In this document: positions 38,012 to 53,453 of the stretch, one piece after another
Layout: the number at the start of each line of letters is the position of its first letter
How positions within the stretch are numbered: the stretch's first letter is position 1
Notes under the pieces: generated by a model
Database searches by the model: none
The model's input: the letters and a program-made list of their open reading frames with translations, nothing else
Told to the model about the DNA's origin: nothing
Source: an uncultured Candidatus Rokubacteria bacterium
GTDB lineage: Bacteria; Methylomirabilota; Methylomirabilia; Rokubacteriales; CSP1-6
Direction of reading: 5' to 3'
NCBI GenBank assembly: GCA_963754315.1
Contig: CAVWFS010000006.1
Location: forward strand, 128,001-192,000
DNA length: 64,000 bases
Position numbers and translations under genes: made by a program

Positions 38012-38652
38012 AGACGACCCGAGTCAAGATCTGTGGCATTACCAACCTGGCGGACGCCATGGCCTGCGTGGAGGCGGGGGCCGATGCTCTCGGGTTCATC
38101 TTCGTGGAGAATACGCCGCGCTTTGTGACGGCGGAGGTGGTGCGGCCAATCGTCCGTGCCCTTCCGCCTTTCGTCACCCCGGTCGGTGTCTTCTGGGATC
38201 ACCCGGCTGGTCACGTGAAGGCGGTGGCCGAGGCGTGCGGCCTGCGTGCCCTGCAATTCCACGGCGACGAACCCCCGGAGGATCTCGCGGAGTATACGAT
38301 TCCCGTCATCAAGACCATCAAGCTATCCGGGATCGCCGACGACGAGGTGGAGCTACGGCGGCGAGCCGATGAGTACTTCCGGCATGGGGTCGTGGCCATT
38401 CTCGTCGACAGCGCGGCGAGGTGGAGCGAAGGGGAGCCACGCCGCCCGGTCGAGTGGCAGCGGGCCGGCCAACTTGCGGAAGCGGGACGCGTTATCCTCT
38501 CCGCGGGGCTGACTCCTGCCAATGTGGCGCGGGCAGTGAGCATCGCGCGGCCCTACGCGGTCGACGTGAACTCGGGGGTGGAGGCCGTACCGGGGCGGAA
38601 GGATCCCGCCAAGGTGCGGCGCTTCGTGACCGAGGCCCAGCAGGCCGGCTGA
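38008..38652 (+). CDS. trpF: Phosphoribosylanthranilate isomerase
   Basis: [33 protein letters not shown]. Confidence 0.95.
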   Translation: MKTTRVKICGITNLADAMACVEAGADALGFIFVENTPRFVTAEVVRPIVRALPPFVTPVGVFWDHPAGHVKAVAEACGLRALQFHGDEPPEDLAEYTIPVIKTIKLSGIADDEVELRRRADEYFRHGVVAILVDSAARWSEGEPRRPVEWQRAGQLAEAGRVILSAGLTPANVARAVSIARPYAVDVNSGVEAVPGRKDPAKVRRFVTEAQQAG

Positions 38653-39848
38653 TGGCCAAGCTGCCGGATCGTCGTGGGCACTTCGGGGTCTACGGAGGAC
38701 GCTTCGTCCCTGAGACGCTGATGGAGCCGCTCATCGAGCTGGAGCGCGCCTACCGGGCAGCCCGACGGGACCGTGGCTTCCACGCTCGCTTGCGCGACCT
38801 CCTGCGCCACTATGCGGGTCGGCCCACGCCACTCTACTTCGCGGCTCGGCTGTCCGAACAGTACGGTGGTGCCCGTATCTTCCTCAAGCGCGAGGATCTC
38901 TGTCACACAGGCGCCCACAAGATCAACAACGTCCTCGGCCAGGCACTGCTTGCCGTCCGCATGAAGAAAGAGCGGCTGGTGGCCGAGACGGGCGCCGGCC
39001 AGCATGGCGTCGCCACCGCCACCGCGGCCGCGCTGTTCGGCCTCTCGTGCGAGGTCTACATGGGAAGCGAGGACGTCGAGCGCCAGGCCCTGAACGTCTT
39101 TCGGATGCGTCTGCTCGGCGGTCGGGTCATCCCGGTGGAGGCGGGGAGCCGTACGTTGAAGGATGCGATCAATGAAGCGCTCCGCGACTGGGTGACCAAC
39201 GTGCGTACCACGTACTACCTGCTCGGTTCGGCCCTGGGGCCGCATCCATATCCGATGATGGTGCGCGACTTCCACACGGTGATCGGCCGCGAGGCGCGGG
39301 AGCAGGCACGGCGCCAGATCGGGCGTCTGCCGGATGTGATCGTGGCCTGCGTCGGCGGTGGCTCCAACGCCATCGGCCTCTTCCATCCGTTCATTGGCGA
39401 TCGGAGTGTGCGGATCGTCGGAGTGGAGCCGGGCGGCCATGGAATCTCCACGGGACGACACGGGGCGACGTTGACCGCGGGCCGCGTGGGCGTGCTGCAC
39501 GGGACCATGAGCTACTTCCTCCAGAACGACGACGGCCAGATCGCCACCGCCCACTCCATCTCGGCCGGCCTCGACTATCCCGGCGTCGGTCCCGAGCACG
39601 CCTACTACAAGGACACCGGACGCTTCGAGTTCGTGTCCATCACCGACGAGGAAGCCATGGAGGGCTTCCAGGCGCTTACCCGGCTGGAGGGCATCATGCC
39701 GGCCCTGGAGTCCGCCCATGCCGTGGCGCACGCCGTGCGGCTGGCCAAGGCGCTGTCGCCCTCGCAGACCATCGTGGTAGGACTTTCCGGGCGAGGCGAC
39801 AAGGACGTCAGCGTGGTCGCCAAGGCGCTCGGCACGGAGCTACCGTGA
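38652..39848 (+). CDS. trpB: Tryptophan synthase beta chain
   Basis: [54 protein letters not shown]. Confidence 0.98.
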   Translation: MAKLPDRRGHFGVYGGRFVPETLMEPLIELERAYRAARRDRGFHARLRDLLRHYAGRPTPLYFAARLSEQYGGARIFLKREDLCHTGAHKINNVLGQALLAVRMKKERLVAETGAGQHGVATATAAALFGLSCEVYMGSEDVERQALNVFRMRLLGGRVIPVEAGSRTLKDAINEALRDWVTNVRTTYYLLGSALGPHPYPMMVRDFHTVIGREAREQARRQIGRLPDVIVACVGGGSNAIGLFHPFIGDRSVRIVGVEPGGHGISTGRHGATLTAGRVGVLHGTMSYFLQNDDGQIATAHSISAGLDYPGVGPEHAYYKDTGRFEFVSITDEEAMEGFQALTRLEGIMPALESAHAVAHAVRLAKALSPSQTIVVGLSGRGDKDVSVVAKALGTELP

Positions 39849-40642
39849 GCCGGTTGGACGCCACCTTCGACCGGCTGCGCGCGTCTGGCGAGCGGGGCCT
39901 CGTCGCCTACTTCACCGCCGGCGATCCATCTCTGGCCGCCACCCGCCTGCTGGTTCGGGAGGCCGAGCGCCGGGGGGCCGACGTCATCGAGCTGGGCGTG
40001 CCGTTCTCGGATCCGCTCGCCGACGGGCCCGTCATTCAGCGGGCCGCCATGCGCGCCCTACAAGGGGGGACCTCGTTGCCCCGCGTCCTCGAGCTGGTTG
40101 CCGATGTGCGAACGGACGTGACGGTGCCCCTCGTGCTGTTGACCTACTACAATCCCCTCGTGGCCTTCGGGCTCGATGCCTTCGCCCAAGCCGCGGCACG
40201 GGCCGGTGTCGACGGTGTCATTGTGGCCGATTTGCCCGCCGAGGAGGCGGGGCCCCTGGCTGCGGAATGCGAGACGTCCGGGCTCGACCTGGTGCAGCTC
40301 GTTGCGCCCACCTCGACCGCGCAGCGCCTGCGGCGCATCGCGCGGCAGAGCCGCGGCTTCATCTATCTCGTGTCGCTCACCGGAGTGACCGGAGCCAGGC
40401 AGGAGCTGCCGCCCGAGCTGGCCGCCCAGGTACGCGCCCTGCGGCGGGTCACTCGCAAGCCGGTGTGCGTCGGCTTCGGCATCGGGACCCCTGAGCAAGC
40501 GGCGACGGTGGGAGCCCTCGCCGATGGGGTGGTCGTGGGATCGGCGATCGTTCGCTGCGTGGAGACGCACGCCTCGTCTCCCCAATTCGTGAGCGAGGTC
40601 GGCGATTTCATCGCCGCCCTCAAAGCTCCCCTGCGAAACTGA
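39845..40642 (+). CDS. trpA: Tryptophan synthase alpha chain
   Basis: [34 protein letters not shown]. Confidence 0.98.
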   Translation: MSRLDATFDRLRASGERGLVAYFTAGDPSLAATRLLVREAERRGADVIELGVPFSDPLADGPVIQRAAMRALQGGTSLPRVLELVADVRTDVTVPLVLLTYYNPLVAFGLDAFAQAAARAGVDGVIVADLPAEEAGPLAAECETSGLDLVQLVAPTSTAQRLRRIARQSRGFIYLVSLTGVTGARQELPPELAAQVRALRRVTRKPVCVGFGIGTPEQAATVGALADGVVVGSAIVRCVETHASSPQFVSEVGDFIAALKAPLRN

Positions 40643-40645
40643 CCC

Positions 40646-41504
40646 ATGGCCTGGTTTCGGCGAACAGCTGCCAACGGGGACGGCCCGAAGCGCAAGGTCG
40701 TCATCGCCGAGGGGCTCTGGATCAAGTGCGACTCGTGCAAGGAGATCGTCTACCGCGCCGAGATCGAGCGGGCCGGAAAGGTGTGCCCGAAGTGTCGCTA
40801 CGCGTTCCGCATTTCCGCGCGCGAGCGAATCGCGCAGCTCGTCGATCCCGGCTCCTTCGAGGAGCGCGAGAGTGATGTGTTGCCCGTCGACCCCCTTGGC
40901 TTCAAGGATACGAAGCGGTACCGCGATCGGATCAAGGGGGCGCGAGACAAGACGGGGACCAGCGAGGCCGTCGTGTGCGGTGTGGCCCGAATCGGCGGGC
41001 TGGCCAGCGTCCTCTGCGTGTTCGAATTCGGCTTCATGGGGGGCAGCATGGGCTCGGTCGTGGGCGAGCGGTTGACGCGCTCGATCGAGCTCGCCATCGC
41101 CAAGACCCTCCCGGTGATCATTGTGGCCGCGTCCGGCGGCGCGCGCATGCAGGAGGGTATTCTTTCCCTCATGCAGATGGCCAAGACCTCGGCTGCCCTC
41201 GCGCGGCTGAGTGAGGCGGGCCTTCCCTTCCTCTCCGTGTTGACCGATCCGACCACCGGAGGCGTCACGGCCAGCGTCGCCATGCTCGGCGACGTCATCC
41301 TGACCGAGCCCCGAGCGCTCATCGGCTTCGCCGGACCCCGGGTGATCGCCGAGACCATCCGCCAACCGTTACCCGAGGGATTCCAGCGCTCGGAATTCCT
41401 CCTCGAGCACGGGCAGGTCGATCTCATCGTGGAGCGGCGCGACCTGCGGGATGTCCTGCGCCGACTCCTCACCTTTTTCGCCGAATCGACCGTCGGCTCC
41501 GTGA
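40646..41504 (+). CDS. accD: Acetyl-CoA carboxylase carboxyltransferase beta subunit (in frame with folC as sequenced)
   Basis: Zn ribbon KCDSC..CPKC, FMGGSMG, SGGARMQEG, DPTTGGV, LPEGFQRSEFL. Confidence 0.95.
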
Positions 41505-42790
41505 CGTACACGGACGCGGTGAGCCGCGTCCTCGCCCTGCGCGGTGGCGAGCATGCGGGGATGCAGCCGGGGCTGGAACGCATCCATGCCCTGCTGGACG
41601 CCATCGGCCACCCCGAGCTCCGGTACCGCCTCGTGCAGGTCGGCGGCACCAACGGCAAGGGCTCGGTGTCGGTTATGCTGGCCGCGATGCTCAAGGCCGC
41701 TGGCTGGCGGACGGGACTCTACACGTCTCCGCATCTCGTCTCGTTTCGAGAGCGGATCAGGGTCAACGGGGCTCCGATCTCCGAGGACTGCGTGGCCGAT
41801 GGCGTGGAGGCTTTGGCCACCCTGGCGGCACGCCTCGACGTGAGCATGTTCGAGGCGACCACGGCGCTGGCCTTCGACCACTTCGCGCGGGAGGATGTCG
41901 ACGTGGCCGTGCTCGAGGTAGGCCTCGGTGGCCGGCTGGACGCCACCACGGTCGGGACCCCGATCGTGACGGTTCTCACCCGGGTCGACCTCGATCATCA
42001 AGCTGTCCTCGGTCCTACTCTCACCGACATTGCCCGTGAGAAGGTCGCCATCCTGCGCGGTGGCCTGGCCCTCTCGGCTGCTCAGGCGCCGGCGGTGGCT
42101 CAGGTGGTGGACGACCACACGGTGAGGGTAGGGACACCGTTGCTCGTCGCGGGACGCGATCTTCGCGTCACGGCCCGTCACTCGGGTCTCGACGGGCAGC
42201 GAATCTCATGCGAAGGGCCCGGCTGGGCGCTGGGCGACCTCGATCTCGGTCTGCTCGGGACGTTTCAGCCCGAGAACGCCCTGCTGGCGGTGGCGGCCGC
42301 CCGCCACCTTGATCTGCCGGAGCCCACGATACGCGCCGGGCTGGCACGGGTGCAGTGGCCGGGGCGCTTTCAGGTGATCGGCGCAGGACCCTGGCTGGTC
42401 CTCGACGGCGCCCACAATGTGGCCGGTGCCCGCGCATTGGCCACGTCGCTCAAGAGCTACTTCGGCGGCGAGAGCACCACGCTCATCGTGGGCCTCTCGG
42501 CGGACAAGGATGTGGCCGGAATCCTGGGTGAGCTGGCGCCCCTGGCCGATCGCGTCATCGCGACCGCCGCCTCGAATCCGCGCGCGGCGACCCCGGCCGC
42601 GCTGGTGGCTCAACTGCCCGCCGACCGGCCGCACGGGGACATCGCCCCTTCGGTGGTGTCGGCGCTGGCCCTGGCTGCGCAGCGCCCCACCGCCGTCACG
42701 GTCGTGGCGGGCTCGCTGTATCTGGTCGCCGACGCTTTGCAGCACCTCTTCGGCGACATGCCGTGTCCGGTCGAACGGGCCGTCTCGTGA
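41501..42790 (+). CDS. folC: Dihydrofolate/folylpolyglutamate synthase
   Basis: GTNGKGS, YTSPHL, EVGLGGRLDAT, WPGRF, LDGAHN, AGSLYLV. Confidence 0.95.
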   Translation: MTYTDAVSRVLALRGGEHAGMQPGLERIHALLDAIGHPELRYRLVQVGGTNGKGSVSVMLAAMLKAAGWRTGLYTSPHLVSFRERIRVNGAPISEDCVADGVEALATLAARLDVSMFEATTALAFDHFAREDVDVAVLEVGLGGRLDATTVGTPIVTVLTRVDLDHQAVLGPTLTDIAREKVAILRGGLALSAAQAPAVAQVVDDHTVRVGTPLLVAGRDLRVTARHSGLDGQRISCEGPGWALGDLDLGLLGTFQPENALLAVAAARHLDLPEPTIRAGLARVQWPGRFQVIGAGPWLVLDGAHNVAGARALATSLKSYFGGESTTLIVGLSADKDVAGILGELAPLADRVIATAASNPRAATPAALVAQLPADRPHGDIAPSVVSALALAAQRPTAVTVVAGSLYLVADALQHLFGDMPCPVERAVS

Positions 42791-44960
42791 CGCCGCGCAT
42801 CCTCGTCGTAATCCTGCTGGTCGGGCTGGCCGTACTGGCCGGGAGCCAACCCACCCTCGGGCAGACCACGGTCACGGTCCCGTCGGCGGAGGGGCAAGTC
42901 ACGGTCGTGGCAGACCGCATAGAGCAGTTCGGAACGGACAATCTGGTCGTGGCCACGGGCAACGTGGAAATCACCCGCGGCAACGCGCGCCTGATCGCCG
43001 ACCGGGCCGAGGTCAATCGCGAGACGGGCGACGTGGCAGCCGTGGGCCGTGTCATCTTCTACGATGGTGACGATCGGCTCGCGGGCGATCGCATCGACTA
43101 CAACTACAGGACCGGTACCGGCGTCGTCACCAACGGACAATCGCGTACGGCTCCCTACTACCGACTGAGCGGGGAGCGGATGGAACGGCTCGGCGAGGGC
43201 TTGTACGGCGTTCGCCGGGGCGTCTTCACGACCTGCGAGGACGACCCCCCCACATGGTCGTTTCGCGCCGCCGACGCGACGGCGGATCTCAACGACGCTG
43301 TGCACGGCACCCACGCCTCCTTCTGGGTGAAGGACATTCCCGTCATCCCGTGGTTGCCCGGCTTCTATGCGGCCATCCGGCGCGAGCGTCAGACCGGCTT
43401 CCTCTTCCCGGTGGCGGGCTACTCGGGCTTCAAGGGGTTCTTCGCCGAGATCCCCTTCTTCTGGGCGATCTCCGACAGTCAGGACGCGCTGATCTCTCTC
43501 GGATACATGACGGAGCGGGGGCCGGCGGGCAACGTCACCTATCGTTACATCATCTCACCGGAGAACCGGGGCAGCCTGACGGGGTTCCTGGTCTACGAGA
43601 GCCAGGTCAAGCAGGATCTCCGTGGATTTGCGAAGCTTCAAGCACGGCTGGGATATTACCAGGCAGCTCTCCCTGACCGCCGACGTCAACCGGGTGTCCA
43701 ACAACTCGTTCCTCCGCGACTACGCGGTGCCGCTGCAGTCGCGCGGCACGCAGTTCGTGCCTTCCAACGTCTTTCTGTCGCAGCGCTGGCCGACGTTCAA
43801 CCTGACGGGGAACGTCTTCTGGTATCAGGATCTGACCCAGCGCAGCCCGGTGGCGCTCCAGCGGCTGCCCCAGATCTTTTTCAACGGCGCTCCCCAGCCC
43901 GTCCCGGGGCTGCCCGGGTTTCTCTACCAGTTCGACACGAGCGCGGTGAACTTCGTGCGCGACGTGGGCTCCGAAGGTGGGCGACTCGCCGCGCTGCCTC
44001 TGATATCGCGGCCCACCCGCATCGCCGACGTGCTCACGGTCACCCCCTTCGCGGGCGGCATCTTTACTGGCTACACCAAGACGGTGACAGGCCTCAGCCC
44101 CGGACCCGGAGCGGGTATCGTCATCGAGGATACCAACAACGATGCCCTGCTGCGGGGACTGGCCATCTTGGGAGGAGACATCGAGGCACGCGCCTCGCGG
44201 ATCTATCAGGCCGGCTTCATGGGCATCGACGCGTTGATGCACATCGTCGAGCCACGCCTCAACTACACCTTCATCGGGGGCGGGGGGCTGGAGGGCGTGC
44301 CGCAGTGGACGGAGCTCGATCGGATCGACAATGCCAATCGCGTCACCTACTCGCTCATCAACCGGGTGTTTGGCAAGACCCTCGCGCCGGAAGGCACGGA
44401 AGCGCTGAAGCTCGAGGTGCTGCGATTCACCCTCGCGCAGTCGTACGACCTGATGCGGACCGAACAGCCCTTTTCATCGCTGTTCGGCGAGCTGATCGTC
44501 AACCCGAGCAACTTCCTGTACTTGCGCGGCGACGCGACATACGATTTCTACGGCGGCGGGTTCCAGTCCGTCACCACCCAACTCGGGCTGGTGCTGTCAC
44601 CCGAGAGGGCAGCCTGCCCTCGGCCTGACGAAGGCGTCCATCGGCTCGGCGGCGGCTGCCATCTCGACGACCTACGACAGGAACGCCAACGTCAACTTCG
44701 TGCAAGGTGTGGCGACCGCCGACATCACCCGCTTCTTGACCGCGCGCTTCCAGACGAACTGGAGCGTCGAGTCCGGCGCGTTCGTGGAGAACCGCTACGG
44801 GCTCGATATCAAGTTCCAGTGCTGGGCCGTGGCCCTCGAGTACATTACGCGGTTTCGGAACAGCAACGAGTTCCGGTTCACCGTGAACCTGTTGGGGGTG
44901 GGTGGGTTCGGCTCCGGATTCGGTTTGGGGACCTCGGGCTCTGGCTCGGGGCTGTTCTGA
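42787..44960 (+). CDS. lptD: LPS-assembly outer membrane protein; frameshifts near 43625 and 44605
   Basis: Signal peptide, OstA-like N-terminus (ATGNVEI, IADR), FTTC, RQTGFLFP, PFFWAI, QRLP; C-terminal QCW and terminal Phe in a third frame. Confidence 0.8.
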
Positions 44961-46075
44961 TGGTTCCCCTCGTCGATCTCGCCCGTCAGCACGCGGCGCT
45001 CAAGGTCGAGCTGATGGTGGCCATGGAACGCGTCCTCGATTCGACGCGGTTCATCTTGGGCGTCGAGGGGGAAGCTCTGGAGGCCGAGGTAGCAAAGTTC
45101 TGCGGGGTTCGTCACGCCATCGGCGTGGCTTCGGGCACCGACGCCCTGCGGGTGACCTTGGCCGCCCTCGGGATTGGACCGGGGACCGAGGTCATCACCC
45201 CGGCCTTTTCCTTCATTGCCTCCAGCTCCACCATTCTGATGGCGGGGGCCACTCCGGTCTTCGCGGACATCGTGCCCGACATCTTTGCCCTTGACCCCCG
45301 AGCGGTCGAGCGTGCCATCACGCCCCGGACCAAGGTCGTCATGCCCGTTCACCTCTACGGCCACCCGGCGGCCATGGAGGATCTCACCCGCATCACGCGC
45401 CAGCACGGGCTGGCCTTGATCGAAGACGCAGCGCAGGCCATCGGCGCTGCCTACCACGGCCGTCCGGTCGGTGCCTGGGGTGACGCCGCGTGCCTTTCCT
45501 TCTATCCCACCAAGAACCTCGGGGCCTGCGGCGACGCCGGCATGATTCTGACCAACCGTGACGACCTGGCAGAGCGGGCGCGCCGCTTGCGTCACCATGG
45601 CGATGGTGGGCGCTATCGGCACCTCGAACTCGGGTGGTGCAGTCGGCTCGACGAGCTTCAGGCCGCGATCCTCCGCGTGAAGCTCGGTCGGCTCGCGGAG
45701 TGGATCGACGCGCGGCGGCGCATCGCCGACCGCTATCGGGAGGGGCTCACCGGGCTACCCCTCGGCCTGCCCACCGAGCATCCCGATGCTCGGCACGTGT
45801 ACTACCTTTACACCGTGCGCCATCCCCGACGTGACCAGTTCATCCAAGCCATGACCGATTTGGGCGTAGGTACCGCTGTTCATTACCCGATTCCGGTTCC
45901 CGATCAGCCGATGTTCAGACCGCCAGGACAGGGTGTCGTCGGCCCGGGCTGGGCCGAGAGCGCGCGAGCGGCGCGCGAGGTCGTCTCGCTCCCCTGCTAT
46001 CCGGAGCTCCGCGATGACGAGGTTGACACGGTGATCCGCGCTGTCCACGAGGCCTGTAATCGCGCGCGCGAATAG
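44960..46075 (+). CDS. DegT/DnrJ/EryC1/StrS sugar aminotransferase
   Basis: VPLVDL, SGTDAL, PVHLYG, EDAAQA, SFYPTKNLG, SRLDELQAA. Confidence 0.93.
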   Translation: MVPLVDLARQHAALKVELMVAMERVLDSTRFILGVEGEALEAEVAKFCGVRHAIGVASGTDALRVTLAALGIGPGTEVITPAFSFIASSSTILMAGATPVFADIVPDIFALDPRAVERAITPRTKVVMPVHLYGHPAAMEDLTRITRQHGLALIEDAAQAIGAAYHGRPVGAWGDAACLSFYPTKNLGACGDAGMILTNRDDLAERARRLRHHGDGGRYRHLELGWCSRLDELQAAILRVKLGRLAEWIDARRRIADRYREGLTGLPLGLPTEHPDARHVYYLYTVRHPRRDQFIQAMTDLGVGTAVHYPIPVPDQPMFRPPGQGVVGPGWAESARAAREVVSLPCYPELRDDEVDTVIRAVHEACNRARE

Positions 46076-46943
46076 CCTCACGGCCGTCCTCGTCTCCCTG
46101 CGCCCCCGGCAGTGGATCAAGAACCTCTTCGTACTGGGCGGGCTCATCTTCGCGCAGGAGTTGTTCACGCCGGCTGTGTGGGTGGCCCTGGCCGCCTTCG
46201 CGGTCTTCTGCGCCCTGTCGGGGGCCGTGTACCTGCTGAACGACATCGCCGATCGTGAGCGTGATCGCCTCCATCCCACGAAGCGACTGCGCCCGATCGC
46301 CTCGGGCCAGCTCCCGGTCGGCCGGGCGGCCACGGTTGCGGTCGTGCTCATCGTGCTCGGCCTGGCCGCGGCCTGGGTGATCGGACGCCCCTTCGCGGGG
46401 ACCGCCGTTGCCTACGTGCTGTTGCTGGCGATCTACTCAGTCTGGCTGAAGCATCTCGTGATCGCCGATGTCCTGACCGTGGCGCTGGGCTTCGTGCTGC
46501 GGGCCGTGGCGGGGGCGCTCGCCATCGGTGTGGTCTTCTCCGGCTGGCTCGTCATCTGCACGCTCCTCCTGGCCCTCTTCCTGGCCCTGGGCAAGCGGCG
46601 TCACGAGTATCTGACCCTCGGGGAGGACGCCCTCCGGCATCGACCGATCCTGGCCGAATATAGCGCTGGCTTACTCGACCAGATGATCGCGGTGGTCACG
46701 GCCTCCACCGTCACGGCCTACGCGCTCTACACCATGTCACCAGAGACGGTGGCGAAGTTTCACACGAATCTCTTGCCGGCCACGTTGCCGTTCGTGCTGT
46801 ACGGGATCTTTCGCTACCTCTATCTTCTGTATCGGCGGCAGCTGGGGGGAAATCCCTCGGAGCTCTTCCTCAATGACCGCCCGCTCCTCGTCAACACGGC
46901 CTGCTGGATGCTGGCCGTGCTCCTCATCATCTACGGTCGGTAG
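46041..46943 (+). CDS. UbiA-family decaprenyl-phosphate phosphoribosyltransferase-like protein (start uncertain, possibly CTG 46041)
   Basis: LRPRQWIKNL, YLLNDIAD..DRLHPTKRLRPIASG, LALGKRRHE. Confidence 0.85.
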   Translation: MSTRPVIARANSLTAVLVSLRPRQWIKNLFVLGGLIFAQELFTPAVWVALAAFAVFCALSGAVYLLNDIADRERDRLHPTKRLRPIASGQLPVGRAATVAVVLIVLGLAAAWVIGRPFAGTAVAYVLLLAIYSVWLKHLVIADVLTVALGFVLRAVAGALAIGVVFSGWLVICTLLLALFLALGKRRHEYLTLGEDALRHRPILAEYSAGLLDQMIAVVTASTVTAYALYTMSPETVAKFHTNLLPATLPFVLYGIFRYLYLLYRRQLGGNPSELFLNDRPLLVNTACWMLAVLLIIYGR

Positions 46944-47042
46944 AGCGCCCCGCTGCTATTTCGTTCGACGCGGAGAGAGGCGATGACCGCGTGTGGGGTA
47001 CACTCGGAGAGCGATGAGTGTCACGAGGCGCGGTGACGGATC

Positions 47043-48458
47043 ATGAGGGCGCCGGTTCGTGTGCGCTTCGCGCCGAGCCCGTCCGGGCACCTGCATGTGG
47101 GCGGGGCGCGGACGGCCCTCTTCAACTGGCTCTTCGCCCGCCACCAGGGCGGGCAGTTCGTCCTCCGTATTGAGGACACCGATCGCTCGCGCTCCACGGA
47201 CGAGAACATCGCGTCGATCATCGAGGCCCTCCAGTGGCTGGGCCTCGACTGGGACGAAGGGCCGCCCACGCCCGGCTATCGCCAGACCGAGCGGCTCGAC
47301 ACCTACGCCGAGCACGCCCGGCGCCTCCTGAGCGTCGGCCGCGCGTATTATTGTGACTGCTCACCCGAGATGCTCGACCTCGCCCGCGAGGAAATGCAGC
47401 GGCGAGGGGAAACCTTTCGGTACTCCGGACGCTGCCGGGACCGCGGGCTCGCGGCAGGCGCGCTCCGCCTGCGCATTCCGGAGCACGGCACCACCGTCGT
47501 CGACGACCTCATTCACGGGGCCGTCAGCTTCGACCATCAGCAGCTCGACGACTGGATCCTGGTCCGCACGGACGGGACGCCGACCTATAACTTCTGCGTG
47601 GTGGTCGACGACGTGACCATGGCGATCAGCCACGTCATCCGTGGAAACGATCATCTTTCGAACACACCCAAGCAGATGCTCTGCTACGAGGCCCTCGGGT
47701 ACGCGGTGCCCGCCTTCGCCCACGTCCCCATGATCCTCGGATCGGACAAGAGCCGTCTGTCCAAGCGCCATGGAGCCACCTCGATCCAAGCCTTCCGGGA
47801 CGCCGGCATTCCTGCCGAAGCCATGGTGAACTACCTGGCGCGCCTGGGCTGGTCGCATGGCGACCAGGAAATCTTCACCCGCGGGGAATTGGTCGCCCTC
47901 TTCGACATCAAGGACGTCGGGGCCTCGGGCGCCGTGTTCGACGTGACCAAGCTCGAGTGGTTGTCCCAGCACTACCTGAAGCAGCTCCCGGCTTCGGAGC
48001 TCGCGGTCCGCCTTCAACCGTTTCTGGCCGCGCGAGGCATCGAGGTCGCTGCCGACGACCGGCTGGCCCGGATCGCGCAAACGCTCAAGGAGCGCGCGAA
48101 GACGCTGGGGGACCTGGCCGAGCAGGCGCGCTTCTACTTCGAGGCGCCGACGTCCTACGACGTCCAGGCTGCCGCGAAGCTGTTCACCGCCGAGGGAGCC
48201 GGTCGACTTGCGCGCCTGGCGGAGTGTCTGGGGCGGGTGGCAAGCTGGGATCCGGCGGCGATCGAGGTCGCGGTCCGAGAGCTGGCGGCGCAGCTTGGGC
48301 TCAAGCTGGTAGATCTGGCGCAGCTGAGCCGGCTGGCGGTGACGGGACGCACCGCCTCTCCGCCGATCTTCGACGTGCTCGCCCTCGTCGGGCGCGAGGA
48401 AGTGCTGGCGCGTCTGGGGCGGGCCCAGGCGATCACGGCGCAGGAGACACGTTCATGA
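47043..48458 (+). CDS. gltX: Glutamate--tRNA ligase
   Basis: RFAPSPSGHLHVGGARTAL, RIEDTD, HVIRGNDH, RLSKR. Confidence 0.97.
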   Translation: MRAPVRVRFAPSPSGHLHVGGARTALFNWLFARHQGGQFVLRIEDTDRSRSTDENIASIIEALQWLGLDWDEGPPTPGYRQTERLDTYAEHARRLLSVGRAYYCDCSPEMLDLAREEMQRRGETFRYSGRCRDRGLAAGALRLRIPEHGTTVVDDLIHGAVSFDHQQLDDWILVRTDGTPTYNFCVVVDDVTMAISHVIRGNDHLSNTPKQMLCYEALGYAVPAFAHVPMILGSDKSRLSKRHGATSIQAFRDAGIPAEAMVNYLARLGWSHGDQEIFTRGELVALFDIKDVGASGAVFDVTKLEWLSQHYLKQLPASELAVRLQPFLAARGIEVAADDRLARIAQTLKERAKTLGDLAEQARFYFEAPTSYDVQAAAKLFTAEGAGRLARLAECLGRVASWDPAAIEVAVRELAAQLGLKLVDLAQLSRLAVTGRTASPPIFDVLALVGREEVLARLGRAQAITAQETRS

Positions 48459-48474
48459 CTAGTCCGCGCGTGGC

Positions 48475-49103
48475 GTGAGACTGCTGCTAGCCCGTCACGG
48501 CCAGACAGCCTGGAACGCCAGCCGGCGCTTTCAAGGCTCGACCGATGTTGGCCTGTCCGAGCGAGGTCGGGCCCAGGCGGCCGCGCTGGGGCAGAGACTC
48601 GGCGGCCGGCGGCTGACCGCCGTGTACGTGAGCCCGTTACTCCGGGCGCGCGAGACGGCCGCGATCGCCCTCGAAGGGAGGGGGAGCGTTCTCCCGGTCG
48701 TCGCCATGGACGAGCTGCGGGAGCTGTCGCTCGGGCAGTGGGAGGGACGAACGGTCGAGGAGATCAAGGGCCAGGAGGGCGATCCGTATCTGGCGTGGCT
48801 CCGCGCCCCGCACGATTACGTGCCGCCGGGGGGTGAGCCCCTCGACGGCGTGGCGACTCGGGTGCGTTGCGCGTTCGATCGCATCGCGTCCGCCCATGCC
48901 GAGGAGGACGAGGTTTTGGTGGTCGCGCACGGGGGTGTCATCAGCGTGTACGCGTGCGCCCTGCTGGGGTCGTCGTTCAATTTCCTCTGGCGGTTGCGCG
49001 TGGACAACTGCTCGCTGACCGTGGTCAAACCGCCACGTCTCGTCTCCGTCAACGACACCTCTCACCTCACGGCGGAGCTCAAGAGTCAGCACCTGACCCG
49101 GGC

Positions 49104-49107
<4 letters not shown>
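48475..49107 (+). CDS. Histidine phosphatase (phosphoglycerate mutase-like) family protein
   Basis: RHGQT.WN, SPLLRARET, GQWEG, VAHGG, NDTSHL. Confidence 0.9.
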
Positions 49108-53446
<4,339 letters not shown>

Positions 53447-53453
53447 AGCCCCA

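Noticed and set aside
43622..46075. LptD-DegT fusion (817-aa ORF)
   Set aside because: The linker is out-of-frame sequence; the LptD C-terminus is in the 44700-44960 frame.
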